From: Tubiluchus corallicola
Lineage: Eukaryota > Animalia > Priapulida
Assembly: GCA_030141605.1 (NCBI GenBank)
Contig: JAQGDQ010000019.1
Coordinates: 682,001-746,000 of the forward strand
Direction of reading: 5' to 3'
DNA length: 64,000 nt
Shown: piece after piece, positions 12,965-24,951 of the stretch
How positions within the stretch are numbered: the stretch's first letter is position 1
Layout of the letters: every line of letters starts with the position of its first letter
Made by a program: the position numbers and the translations under genes
The notes under the pieces: generated by a model
Database searches by the model: none
The model's input: the letters and a program-made list of their open reading frames with translations, nothing else
What the model was told of the DNA's origin: nothing

Positions 12965-13581
12965 ACTTTTGTTTATCGGCAATTGCATCGGTTTAGATAA
13001 AGGTTTCGGCAAGCATTAATTTACACATTAAGACTACCATTATTTCACAAATGGTAGTACGGTAACGAATTTCTCAGTTTTATTATTTCCGCAGTTTCAA
13101 ATCTGTATATACTCGCAGCATAGTCAGCTATTTCTTTTTGCAATATTTAATTTAATATTTTTTGTCTGAATTTAATGTTCCATTATTACTCTGTGATCCG
13201 GTAATAAAGCACTTACGTGAAATGCCTTCGGATTTCTTTAAATAACATTCGGCAAGGAGAACAGTTAAGTCATGAAATACAAAATTGAAAAAAGTAGTAA
13301 CTCTAGTGTTTTATTGGCCCTGTAAAACGAAATTCGCATAACAAGACTTATAATACGTCTCAAAAGGAGGCTGCAGCGTCTCCAAGAATCTGGCATCTGA
13401 CCAAAGTTAAATGAACTTTTTTGACTCAAGAGTGATTGCCCTTTGCTCCAATAACTTTTTATTCTCATTTGCTGAATCTCGGCGAGACTTTATTTGGAGA
13501 TGATGACATGGCAGGTCTCATTGACAATATATCTGATTATCGAAGAATCATTCAGATTTGTCGCGTTTTCTTTTTACACAG

Positions 13582-13733
13582 GTTTAAATGAACTGTATCG
13601 GGAGGCCAGAAGTCGGTTTCGACGGCCAAGTCGGACACAGTGGTATGACAAATGCTGGCAAACATCTCGACGGATCTGCCGACCGAATGTGCGGGGTCGA
13701 CGAGTTTGTGAATTCATCTGGGCTTGTGCTTGA
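13582..13733 (+). CDS. Secreted cationic Cys-rich prepropeptide, coding exon 3 (processing site + predicted mature antimicrobial/toxin-like peptide)
   Basis: Acceptor gttttctttttacacag, phase 1; encodes (G)LNELYREAR-SRFRRPSRTQWYDKCWQTSRRICRPNVRGRRVCEFIWACA*; locally GC-rich island in AT-rich DNA. The three exons sum to 303 nt = 100 aa + stop. Confidence 0.78.
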
Positions 13734-14174
13734 GAACATCATAATTTTGTATTTTATAATTATCACTCCAATTTTTTTACAAACGCCGCAACATTTGACA
13801 CAGCACATAAAAATAAGCACTATTACACCGTCGTCTAAACTGCTTCATCCTTAGCCGATAAAGACAAATTCCTAATTAATGCCTCTAGATGGATTTCTTG
13901 CTTAAACAATATTTTACACAAGCTAGCATTTTCATAAGAAGCATCCATTGAAGGGTATGTTAAGAGTCAATTACCAGTATACTTTTCTAAATTCCATTCT
14001 GACACGGAAAAGAGGATAACAGTCTGCTTGTTTTTCATAGTTTTGTCTTTTGATATTAATTAAAATTTACAAATATTCAAAACTACTCAAATTTCGGTAA
14101 TTTATTTAAACTTGTAAATTTTCGTACCAATTGTTTCTAAAATAAGCCATGCAGTTTTAATAACTAGCAACTGT

Positions 14175-14180
14175 AATAAA
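14175..14180 (+). terminator. Candidate polyadenylation signal (AATAAA) for the peptide gene
   Basis: First canonical AATAAA I found after the stop at 13733; ATTAAA at 14059 and AATAAA at 14586 are alternatives. Confidence 0.35.
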
Positions 14181-14961
14181 CTTCGTCTTTATGAACGTTG
14201 TGCAAAAACTATCTGAAAGTGTATCATTAACTTTTGCTTCGCCGTGTATTTGCAAAAGTTCTTAACGTTTTACGTTGCTGTGAGTCTTAGATCTTTAAAG
14301 ACAGATAGCTCTGGAAACAGACCAAAGGATGTCCTGTAAAAAATGAAATACTGTTTACACTAAATTTTTAATTCATATGATATCATTTTGCGTTTTAGAT
14401 ATTAATAAGTTAACATTCACTGTGTTTAATTAAAAATGTTTCTATTGATCTTCTAATTTATGACACATTTATAACTATAATAACGAAAGAAATTCCATTT
14501 TCTTAATCGGCGGTGAAACTTGCTTTACAAAATATGTTTCACAACGCATACCAGTGCCGCCATCTACTAAAATTATTATTTAATTAATAAAGACTTGTGC
14601 ACTTAATGAAATTATAGTTTGTTTCGAGGACTGTGATTCTGGTATTTTTCAGATATAAACAAATTACAATAATTACAATAAAATCAGTAAAAAAATCGAG
14701 AACAGGAGGGTTCGTGCTGATAAAATAAGACAATTAACAAACATCAATTATCAAAATTTATTAAACGTTATTATTATGCACAAAACGACTTAAAGTGATA
14801 ACAAACAACGTTTCTACTTAAGTTAATTTATATAAATAAAGGAGTAGTTAAGAAAGGACTTCTTTTTATCCGTAAACAGGCAGCTGGAAAAGATGATGCA
14901 ATTTTACAATAAAACGTCGTTTAGAAATTTTAGTACATGAACTCATCCTTTCTAAACTCAT

Positions 14962-14967
14962 TTTATT
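14962..14967 (-). terminator. Candidate distal polyadenylation signal of NCX (AATAAA on minus strand)
   Basis: tttatt on plus at 14962; other candidates at about 15892 and 16726. Minus-strand U-richness from 17750 to about 15000 suggests a long 3' UTR. Confidence 0.3.
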
Positions 14968-15666
14968 CAGCATAATTTGAGATTAGCACTTCAAATAAAT
15001 GACATATTACCCTAACAGAGGCGCTAGCATTCTTGTAGGCATTATTACTTCTAATGCTGTGATGTTGCATGTAATGTAGAATTGTAGATAACATTATAAA
15101 CGAAACACTTTTGCATAAATTTACATTATAGGCAAAATACGACACTGCATTTTAAATATTATATGTATATATGTATATACTAAAAAACTTAACAGAAAAG
15201 TTCACGTAACTACAAGCAAAATATAAAACACAATCTGCTCAAAAACAAAACATTCCCAAAGAAATTTGCCATAACAAAAAATTTAATAACTAGTCGTATG
15301 ACCTACTTACGAATATAATTACCTCAAGTGCAAACAAAAACGCAGGAATGAAAATAGCATGTAGTGAACAATATAGACTATCATGTCGTATCAAGTAATA
15401 ACTAAGATGATATTGTTATTGTTATTATTAGGCCAAATATTGGTTGTCCCGGGCTTAGACTTCGTAAAGAAATTAGTTAACTGATTTCAAAAATAAGCCT
15501 GAAAATATATGTTTGCGCTAAAAGCGTAACTTGCAGGCATCTGTATAATAAGCTAATAATATATATCAATAAATGAAAAGAAAATTTGTTAACAATGACT
15601 AAACAAGCTGGTTAATTGCAAAAAACGCAGGAAAATCTTTTTGTAAGTCGCTCTCTATGACTGCGA

Positions 15667-15903
15667 TTACTTAATAGAGACCGTCATTATTGATTTTTCT
15701 ACCTTAAAAAGAAACATCTGTGTAACTGGCATAAAATAAAAGGGCAAAAATATTCTTCCTTCAGCCAGCATTAATTTAAACTTAAGTCATTTACCATACA
15801 AGACTGACGAGCGAATTTTTTGCAGTTTTTTCCACGCCAGTTACTGGCACATCTCTTTTTCAAGCTAGAAGGAAAACGCTAACAACAACTTTTTATTAAT
15901 TAA
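15667..15903. repeat. Old MITE-like inverted repeat in the probable NCX 3' UTR
   Basis: aaaaagaaacatctgtgtaactggcat (about 15706-15732) vs rc of acgccagttactggcacatctcttttt (15834-15860); similarity extends outward to ttacttaata / tattaattaa. Confidence 0.5.
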
Positions 15904-17752
15904 CCACTTATGTTACTTAGTTAACTACTAATTACATCTCGGTAGGAAATGACTGTCATGCTGCGCTTGATGCTACACATAAGTGCATATCACAGTGTAA
16001 AAATGCAGGATATGCTAACAATTAGTATCCTGCATACATCAATAACTTTTTAATATTATAATATACTAAGAAGCAATAGACTGTAATACTAATACACTGC
16101 AAAACCCATTCGCTAACAAAAAACACTATGATTTTTATAAAATGTTTCATAATGTACACACAACCACCGGAAAACATTCAACATTAAACAGTTAATGAAA
16201 GATATGCATGTCTATCGTTTTTACCGAATAAAAACCAGATTTATAGAATAAAATTTAAAACAGTTCAATAGTATTAAGAAAAAGAATAATAGTTGCACGA
16301 GGCAGTGCCTAAACCTTCTATGTTCAAGTTCTAAAGTAAATTAAATTGAACTAACAATGAAACTTTTCACAAGAGCACGTCGAGAAAACAAACACAAATT
16401 TACACGCTAACAGGAGGATTGATACTTCTACGCGTATTTAATTATAAAAGAAATTGAACAAAAAAAGAATGCGTAACAAACATGGCATTTTCAGATGATA
16501 TTTCTTCTTGAGGTACTTTGTTTAGTTCTGCATCACGTTATTATTTTAGTTGTAGATTTTAATCAATTAACATTCTTTGTTTTAATCATCTTGTTAATTA
16601 CATATCTTGTCGAACTTATTTAGTGAGTAAACAAAAGTTTTTATATCAAGTTATCAAGTTCTAATCCGTCAGCCTTTATAATGACATCTGCTAGGATCTT
16701 CGAAATAGTGACGTTAAGCTTTGTTTTTATTCATGCACTTTCTCGAAATTTCCTTCATTAAAATTGTCGTTTTGATTTTTTTACTATTGCGTTAATCTTA
16801 TAAAATAGACAGTGATATAAGCCATAAAACGTCTCGGAGAGCAAAAAGTTATAGGTATCTGCAGAGCTGTTCACGATTATACGATTGAATTAAGCCTCAA
16901 ATTGCGCAGCTTTGGATCCCCTTTGGCAGCTGTAGTTTTGGTAGCAGGAAGAAGAGTTGAATAAACAGTTTGCAGAAAACAACATGTTTGTATCATAATA
17001 CTGATGTAAGAAAGGCTCACATCCGAAATCACAATTATGCTTATAATTGCATTAATATTTAAATATACTCAACGGTAGTTTGGCTATACCCACCGGCATC
17101 TGTTCTAACATCATTTTAGTTGAGTTAGATTGGCGGAAGGTTACTTTGATTGTTTGTAAGTATACTACAACTTTTCAACCAAAAAAGTACAAATAATGTT
17201 TTATGTCACTTCTCCCAAAGAGTAACTTCTCCCCAAAAAATCTTACAAAACTGTCATCAAAACTCAACTTCAACACATGGTGAAACAAAACCACAATTAT
17301 TATTACATTTTTGAAAACCAAATACTTATCGCCAAAAAGAAGAAATGTGAAAAAAACTCGGTTAAGTATATCATCAATACATAACTTTGAAATTTAAATT
17401 CTATAATTCAGCAAATGTTAGTGAATGTGAATATTTCGAAGTTGTCTCTCAAAAACTATTTTAAGGCAGTTAGATACTATAAAGAAATTCAACAACAAGT
17501 ATTTTAAAAAACATAATAATAAATCTTTGATCGGATTTTTTTATAAACCACGATTCCAACACTCACTCATCTCATAAGGCAGTTTATGGACGCCAGTCTT
17601 AATGTTTCGGGTGCCTATAATTACTCCACTCTTCCAAAATTTAGAACACCTTTCAGTCACCTTGCTGTTCAGTCCTACTAGCTCAACTGGCACTTGACTT
17701 AAAAAGAGAAAGTAGATTATAATCATTAAAACGAAATTGTATTTCGACTTTC

Positions 17753-18135
17753 CTAAAATCCCTCAATGTAACAGTAGGACTCGAAGCTGCTGAGAAGTAC
17801 GTACGAAATCCACAGGCTAAAAAATATTAACGATGTTGGAATTTTGAACCTCCGAGGACCTCCAAGCTCGCCTCCTACTATGTTTGCCCTCCGTAATAAC
17901 AAAATTATCGTACAGATGACGGCAAATACACAGAAGATAGTGACAGAGAAAGCAAGTGAGCCTGGATCCACTGCAAATCCACCTTTGGTTTGAGCCACAG
18001 CGTGATAAATTGCTGCAAGCGACCATGCGATGCCAATTCCTAAGAAGACATTCACAGCATTGCTACCCGTGACATTTCCAATAGATGAGTCAGCATATTG
18101 GTCTTGCACTGCCGCCACTTTGCTAGCAAAAGTGT
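17753..18135 (-). CDS. NCX: Na+/Ca2+ exchanger, last coding exon (alpha-2 repeat second half, C-terminal TM segments)
   Basis: Acceptor catatttcag, phase 1; DTFASKVAAVQDQYADSSIGNVTGSNAVNVFLGIG...GGELGGP...SSFESYCYIEGF*; 383 nt. Confidence 0.97.
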
Positions 18136-18235
18136 CTGAAATATGACACATAAATTTATTGAGAACGAAAACTGATGAGAGTATGGCATAATTAGAGTAA
18201 AAAGTAATTGAGCATGAAAAAATCCTTTAGTTCAC

Positions 18236-18330
18236 GAATGTCAGTGTTGAACGACCATGTGGAAGCTGAGAATGACAGCAAATTTGAATGTCATTAAATT
18301 TGACAATATCAAGCTCGTCTTGATTTTCGT
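18236..18330. repeat. Dispersed repeat fragment homologous to 21075-21177
   Basis: tgtcagtgttgaacgaccatgtggaagctgagaatgac...tcaagct..tcttgattttc vs tgtcagtgctggaagaccgcgtgtacgctcagaatgat...tcaagct..tcttgattttc. Confidence 0.65.
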
Positions 18331-18395
18331 AATCTGCAACAAACTGTCACACAGGTCAGTTAGAAAGAGATTTTAAAACCACATTTTTCTACTAC

Positions 18396-18554
18396 CTGGC
18401 ACGCTAGTTCCAAGAGCGACAAATGAGATAGCAGTGACTGAATCCCTGAGCCCAATTGTGCAGCCAAAATGTGAGGCCAAATCTCCAATAATAGCTGTCA
18501 GCAAACCAATCATTATTATGCTAACTGTGAAGCATAACCAGCCACCCCAGTAAT
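18396..18554 (-). CDS. NCX: Na+/Ca2+ exchanger coding exon 6 (TM segment, start of alpha-2 repeat)
   Basis: tcttttctag|...|gtagta; 159 nt, phase 1/1; DYWGGWLCF...GDLASHFGCTIGLRDSVTAISFVALGTSVP. Confidence 0.97.
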
Positions 18555-18807
18555 CTAGAAAAGACAATGTGATAAATAGTAGGTTTATATTTAACGTTCC
18601 ATACACTCACACAGCATAAGTCTACATTTTCCTTCAGTTTTTAGTTGTAGTGTGTTTCATTGTGATCCATCAACATCGTCGTCCATCGTTATCAGCATTA
18701 GTTTACACAAACTTCCTGTAATTCCTAATACTTACATCACGAAAGAGATTAATTATGTCGCTAGGGTGGTAAAGGCCAATCAAATTGCAGCATTGAAAAA
18801 GGCCTAC

Positions 18808-18936
18808 CTGTTGGTGGTACAAAAGCAAAAACAACTTTCCACGGTAATGTAAGAAAGTGCATGACATAATCAAAGCAGCTTGGCTGTTTCTCTTCACCCT
18901 CTTCTCCTTCCTCTCCTTCTTCATCATCATCATCAG
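18808..18936 (-). CDS. NCX: Na+/Ca2+ exchanger coding exon 5 (acidic stretch, palmitoylation helix)
   Basis: gttttgcag|...|gtaggc; 129 nt, phase 1/1; ADDDDEEGEEGEEGEEKQPSCFDYVMHFLTLPWKVVFAFVPPT. Retains the PSCFDY cysteine palmitoylated in mammalian NCX1. The ORF track shows a different frame here. Confidence 0.96.
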
Positions 18937-19114
18937 CTGCAAAACGACCGGAAAAATATAAACAACATTTAAGTTATTTTTTGTCAGTTTTCCTATAAAG
19001 TTATGTCAAGTTATCCCTACATATTTTCTTTAGGCTTCTCACACAGGAAGTTCTTATCTTTCGTTAATTATTATTGCTTCGAAATTTGCATTTTTGCACC
19101 CTAGATGGCAGTAC

Positions 19115-19214
19115 CTGGATTTACACTGACGGCTTCTTTGAACTGTTGTGTCCAACTGGATGTTCCGAGCAGCGAAGCCACGTTTCCAGACTTGATTAAT
19201 GAATCTACCGTTGT
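19115..19214 (-). CDS. NCX: Na+/Ca2+ exchanger coding exon 4
   Basis: tttttatctag|...|gtactg; 100 nt, phase 0/1; TTVDSLIKSGNVASLLGTSSWTQQFKEAVSVNP (cf. NCX1 STVDKLIKKTNLALVVGTNSWREQF). Confidence 0.95.
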
Positions 19215-19858
19215 CTAGATAAAAATAAAAATGTCTTAAATATCAATATTCTTCATATCATATTTGATATCGAAGCCGTTCAACGTTATCGCGTCGTTGA
19301 GATTCCAATCCGCTACAGCCGACAATTTAATATTAACCAATAACCTAATAATTTATTTTAGCTTTTTGCAAATTTCTTTTTTGTTTATTCAAAATTCCAT
19401 TTAAGATCTATAAGTTATTGTACACAGATCAAACTGTTGCATGTTAGACCCAGTTATAGAGTGTCAGACTGTATATAAAAAACCAATCTTGTTTTCGTGA
19501 GCATCCACTTGGGGGGGGGGCATTAAGGTGTTTGAATGTGCACCTCGTGGAGAAGATATTATATAGCTCAGTTAAACTGGACATAGATACAAATATATTC
19601 ACCGGACAAGCTTCGTATGTGACGCAAAAAACGATTCGATGATATCTGTATCTTAGCGCAACACAAGCATTCCACTAATTTCAAATAGTTTTGCCGTGAT
19701 AATCTCGAAGATCTCAAACTCTCAAAGCTCTTGTACACATTTTAACACCAAATAAATATGGACGTATAGTCAAATTAAAGGACAAATCTACGAGATCACG
19801 GCTTCAACAAGTTGGGGATGACGAGCTCACATCACTAGACCTGCTCCTTTTTACTTAA

Positions 19859-20401
19859 AAGGAAACCGGACGATTGGTTAGATTCAATCTCCTTTTAATT
19901 TACTGTCCAAAACATACATTTTTTGCCTATAAAAGTTAGCAGTTGTTTCTAATATTTGAATAATTACCTTGGAAAGTTAATTAACGGCAACCGAACACAG
20001 CTATTGCTTACGTCACGAACTAGCCACAGTTTTTGTCTGATGGTAGGTATCTTTCCTGGCGTCAAGCACGTTTGTGTAAGATCACTATAAGACGCTGATG
20101 TGATTCCAGGAAAATGAGCTCTACGACACACTGACGTCACAGACGAACATTGCAGTTCATGTCTTGCTTATCACTGTACTGCGCCTATTTGTCGGTGACG
20201 CGAATGTGACAAAAAGACGCCATTGCCAGTGTTAGTGGATTCGCTGAGCCGCGCGTAGCTTTGAAAGTTTAACAAAATTTAACTATCCGAGGTAATTATT
20301 ATTTAATCTAAGTTTAGATTTAAAAAAAGCTGTTGAAGGTTTCAATATTTTAGAGTATACTTTGTTTAGAAATGATGTCTACACAATCGTCCGGTTTTCC
20401 T
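19859..20401. mobile_element. Kolobok-like non-autonomous DNA transposon (TTAA-flanked MITE) in an NCX intron
   Basis: ttaa|aaggaaaccggacgattg ... caatcgtccggttttcct|ttaa; inner inverted match aataattaccttggaaagttaa / ttaactatccgaggtaattatt gives ~130-bp TIRs. Confidence 0.7.
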
Positions 20402-21045
20402 TTAATTTGTAAAGAAGATAAAACTCAGAGGTCAGTGTTCAAGATTGCAGTAATGTCTAGATCATTAAGTCTAGTGAAACTTTTCCCTTTAAGAATCTCT
20501 CGATATGACATGACGAGCAAATAACATGTCAAACAGCAGAAGTCTACATAGTTATAGCTAGGCTTAAGTCAGGTTATCTAGTATGGGCAATTCGTGAGGT
20601 TGTTTGAGAAATTAACTCAATAAAATTTTTAATGCCCCTGACGCTGGTGTAGCTTCTAACTTAAATATTTCAGCTAGCTCTTTTAGATATGGTTGAAAGC
20701 AAACCTGCAAAGTCTCTCATCTAAAATAGATAAATACAGTTGGGTTAAAATAATGTTAATTTTGACATAAAATGGAGCAAAATGACATAAGCCTTGCCAT
20801 TAAAAGCAAAAGCATTTTTTTGGAAAATAAGAATTGTAAGAGTGTCGAAGAGAAAACAGACTGAAGTAGTAGAAGACAATTTTTTGGATGTCTTAGAGAA
20901 TGTAATATTAGAAGAACCAAAACTGTTTTATGTGTTAGGGTTTCATGCAGATCATTATGAAAATACCAAATGTTAAAAAGTGAGCACACCCATTATGATT
21001 CCAATTTTGAAAGTTTAAAAGGCGCGTAAATTGTAGTAGGCTATT

Positions 21046-21177
21046 ACGCGGTCATTCAAAACACTGTCATTCTCGAGTGTCAGTGCTGGAAGACCGCGTG
21101 TACGCTCAGAATGATGATCAAAGTTGAACCTCATTCAAGTTTGACGACGTCAAGCTGGCCTTGTCTTGATTTTCAAA
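21046..21177. repeat. Palindrome-containing dispersed repeat (MITE fragment)
   Basis: acgcggtc...cactgtcattc tc gagtgtcagtg...gaccgcgt hairpin at 21046-21099; right part homologous to 18236-18330. Confidence 0.6.
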
Positions 21178-22951
21178 AGTGGCTGTCGTCATTTTCGGAA
21201 TAAACAGCCAATAATAATGCGTGCTGGTGACACAGCTAGAAGAACCCCCATTTACAGCTAAAAATGGCGAATTATTAGCAAAAGTAACAAATGGTGAAAA
21301 TGCTCGAGAAGCAAAGTCAAACGCTTAGTACTCTGCCACATCTTTGGAATAGGGCTGAATTGGGAAATCTTGTTTAAAATCGCATTTCGGTAATTTCGTT
21401 CAAAACGTTTTGCTTATATTTGTACAGCTGTTTGATCAGATCCAACACAATGGCCGTTCTCGTATGTTATCGTAAGAGAAAATTGTGTACGTAGTTGGAA
21501 GCTGCTTTGTACTATGCCGAAACCCCGATCGCGTCTGATGTCGTATATATGCTTCGGAGTGCCTGTGACAGGATCTAAGCTCATTATCAAAAGAATCCTT
21601 TAATGAGACGCTGAAGCGGCAAATGTATTCTATCACGTCTGGATGTATACATCTTTCCTCAACAAAATAAATTGATGGATAAGTTTCTCCGAACATAGCA
21701 CCGTCATTTTTCAAGATGGCTGCAACCCCATATCTCTAGGTAAGTATTGCTAGTGGAAATATTCATAGTTTTTATCTATGGTACAAATGGTTAAGCAAAC
21801 CACCTTATTTGTGCCTGGAAAAGAGTTATCCACAATTGAAGAATTTCACTAACTTGTACCGCTAAAGGAGGAGTAGCATAAATATTGGGTAGGCTATCTA
21901 ACATTTCATTGTGACGACCTATTTATTACTCTTTTAACTTAAGATAGTTGTATCTATGTCAAACTAAAAGCCTCCGTTATGAAGCTCTCCAGACTTAGCA
22001 TGGGTCTCCAGTGAAAAATTCAAACTTGTACGAGTTTGTGAATATGGTATGGAAATGGTATAGAACTTGGCACGGAAATTTTGCCTTACTTTACAAACTT
22101 TGAGGTGTCCGTCGTATACTCTGGGCAGCTATGTTTAGAATTTGTGATACTTGCTATGGAAACTGTCCCTTGCGCTACATAATTTGGTGTCTCAGTGCAG
22201 CTATGTTTGGAATTTGATCCAAATCTTTATTCTAAAGACGGAAACCTTTTATGAGTACTCGAGTTTCTGCAGGTGTTCCCATTTCGCTGTCCCGTAATTA
22301 CGTGTTTACATAGTTTCCTTGAGATTCAGAGCCATTCCATAAGGCACACAAAACTCGAATCCACAGCTATAGACACTTTTTCAAGGTAAAGGCTACACCT
22401 CTTCATATATGCCATCGTCCTTATCAAGACATTACATGCAATGTTGTTAGCTGTGTGATTATTAACATAGTCAGGTGTCCAGTGCAGAAAACAAAGCTTG
22501 TTAAGTGAGTAAGCAGGCAAAGCAGAAAATGAGTACAAGATACATATTAAGTTCAGCAACAGCTGAGATCTGACTTATGATGTAATACCACTGAGAAACT
22601 TAGAAAGGGAATCCATCGAGACAGGTCAATTGTGGTTAAACAACTGAACAGCTACTAAGAATAATACTTTAGTTCTTTAATTTTTATACATTTAATACTT
22701 CATTGGCAGCTCTAATCAGTGTGCGTGCGTGTGCGTGTGTAGGAAAAGTATATAGAGAATATTTTAAAAGTGCGCTGAATGTATGAATTACAAGAAAAAC
22801 AATTCGCTATAATACCATTAATATGTACAGAATCAGTTTTGCTTCATTAAAATTTGGATCAAATTACTTTCGCTAGGAAATGACACGTTCAAGAAAGTAA
22901 TTTTATCAGATTTTATTCGACCGTGCATCAATATTGTAAAGCTCTTCGTAC

Positions 22952-23100
22952 CTTGAATTCCATGCTTTCTTTTATCTTGATAGCAACACGTGTAACGTCT
23001 CCTAGTTTAGGTTTACCCATTTGAGCAATCTTTTCTTCTTCTGTCATTTCCTTTTCACTCTTTTCAACCTCCGCACCAGAGTCTCCAGATTCTGAACCCT
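22952..23100 (-). CDS. NCX: Na+/Ca2+ exchanger coding exon 3 (CBD2 FG loop and last strand)
   Basis: aatttttcag|...|gtacga; 149 nt, phase 1/0; EGSESGDSGAEVEKSEKEMTEEEKIAQMGKPKLGDVTRVAIKIKESMEFK. Confidence 0.95.
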
Positions 23101-23549
23101 CTGAAAAATTTTTGTTTCCTTCATTGCAAATATGCAAAAGAAAAAATAAAGAATAGACGCCATGATCGCAGGAAACATGTACTGAGAACCTAAGTACTGA
23201 GTTTCTAAGAACTCATGTACAGTATGGAATCAATTAATTATTTCCTTGAAATTTAACTTCATTATAAAAAATGCTATATGGAATTAATTTCTATGGAGTT
23301 TAGAAATAATTGTTTTTTATTACATGTTCCAACAGGTTTTCATTGTTATGTCGTGATTGTGTATTTATTTACCATACATTTAGTTTTTTAACAGCTCGGT
23401 AATGACCCGGCAATCATTATTTTTAGACGTATATATTATTGTTTGCAGAAGCAATTAGTTCATTTGTGACAAGATGCGCTTATATTTGTAATTTTACTGC
23501 AATAATTTATCTCTTCATCTTCACAAAAAACTGTTAAAGGATGCGTTAC

Positions 23550-23638
23550 CAACAACATGAGGATCTTCCAGTTCGAGGTAGAACACTTCGTCTTTCTCGT
23601 ATTCTTCATCATCGATAATTTGAATATGAATAAAAGAC
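23550..23638 (-). CDS. NCX: Na+/Ca2+ exchanger coding exon 2 (CBD2, equivalent of vertebrate exon A/B)
   Basis: tgtttttttcag|...|gtaacg; 89 nt, phase 2/1; SFIHIQIIDDEEYEKDEVFYLELEDPHVV. Not in the ORF track. Confidence 0.95.
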
Positions 23639-24921
23639 CTGAAAAAAACAGTAGTACATGTTATATAAATACTAAGTTGTACGAACTAAACATAAACTAC
23701 AAAATACCCAATTACGCCTACACATCAAGTATTTTTAGCTATTCTAAAATATAATTGTCGTCCTAGTAAACGGTAAATGATTAAAGTAAATCATCAAGAA
23801 GAGTCCATGGGCTGATTTTTTCATCGCTATGTTAGGCATGGAGTCATAACCCTAGTACAAAGAGTAATGAAATTTGCGGGGTAAACACCTGAAGTAGAGG
23901 CTCAAAGAGTGGCAGGACGAAAAAAGCTGGGACTGTTTAAAGTTCAGGGACAGGAGCCAAAATTAGGACAAATTCGTCGGTTACACATGAGTAAAATGCA
24001 TTGGGCCAGGCAAACATAAGCGATAATTAGTCATGCAGCGCAATGATCTACAGTTTTTGACCTGAATAAGCCACCATAAAGGACTAGGAATAGTCAAGTA
24101 AAAAACACGTTCACGCTCGCGGATTTGAATCTAAATTTGTTTAAATACACACTTCTCATTGTCATTAGAATAGATAGCATACGTATATGTATAGCGCTCC
24201 AGCAGGTACAGGTTAAACCTTATCGATGTAATAATAATAAAAGGCACAAGAGGGTTGTGCTAATATTAGGAGATACAGCGACGCGTAGAGTAAACTTTGT
24301 CGTTTATTATTCTACTGTGACATATTGTGTATGCAAAACTGCAGCTTTATATTAGCTATAACCTAACAGGGAATATTACTTGTCGTGCAAATAGAAGGCA
24401 CGCCACAGATACTTTTGATAGACGAAATTGTTATTAACTTCTAGAAACTGCTAAGCTCCCTCAGGGCAATAATGGAGTACAACTGCATGTAGCGTTTTGT
24501 GTAAGATATGAGTGAAATAGTTTAGGTGCTAGGATTTTTTACATCTTAACAAATTAAAATTATGCAAGGCATATGAGATGTAAATAAAGGCAAATTTTTA
24601 CACATCTGTTGGTTCGGTGATGTTATTTAAAGAATAGACATCTAAAATTGCTAAATTTCTAAAATTGCCTAGAATGGCATCACTTGATCAATACAAAGCT
24701 CTATCTCTTTTGCAAATGTTTTAACCAGAACATTTCTAAAATTGCTAAGAATGTCAAGAAGCCTGTGCTACTCTAACTGTAATCTATACTCACAAGCTAG
24801 ACACTACTACGCACACAAACACGAAAATTTAACTAGAAAACAAAACGCTAACTCAACCAAGACTTCAAATTCCAAATCTTGATTTTAGACCAATACGGCA
24901 GCGAGTCAGGGACGACCTCGA

Positions 24922-24951
24922 CGATGATGATGATGATGATGATGATAATGA
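24922..24951. repeat. (GAT)n microsatellite
   Basis: Direct reading. Confidence 0.9.

Noticed and set aside
13260-13490. Minus-strand fragment with YYKSCYANF, reminiscent of transposon-associated proteins
   Set aside because: Interrupted by stops and too short to support a family call.
13494-13581. N-terminal part of the 79-aa ORF 13494-13733
   Set aside because: Non-ATG start and runs through a polypyrimidine tract and acceptor; only 13582-13733 is interpreted as exon.
20794-20976. ORF containing VILEEPK, resembling NCX1 exon B (LVLEEPK)
   Set aside because: Wrong strand and wrong position relative to the NCX exon order; coincidence.
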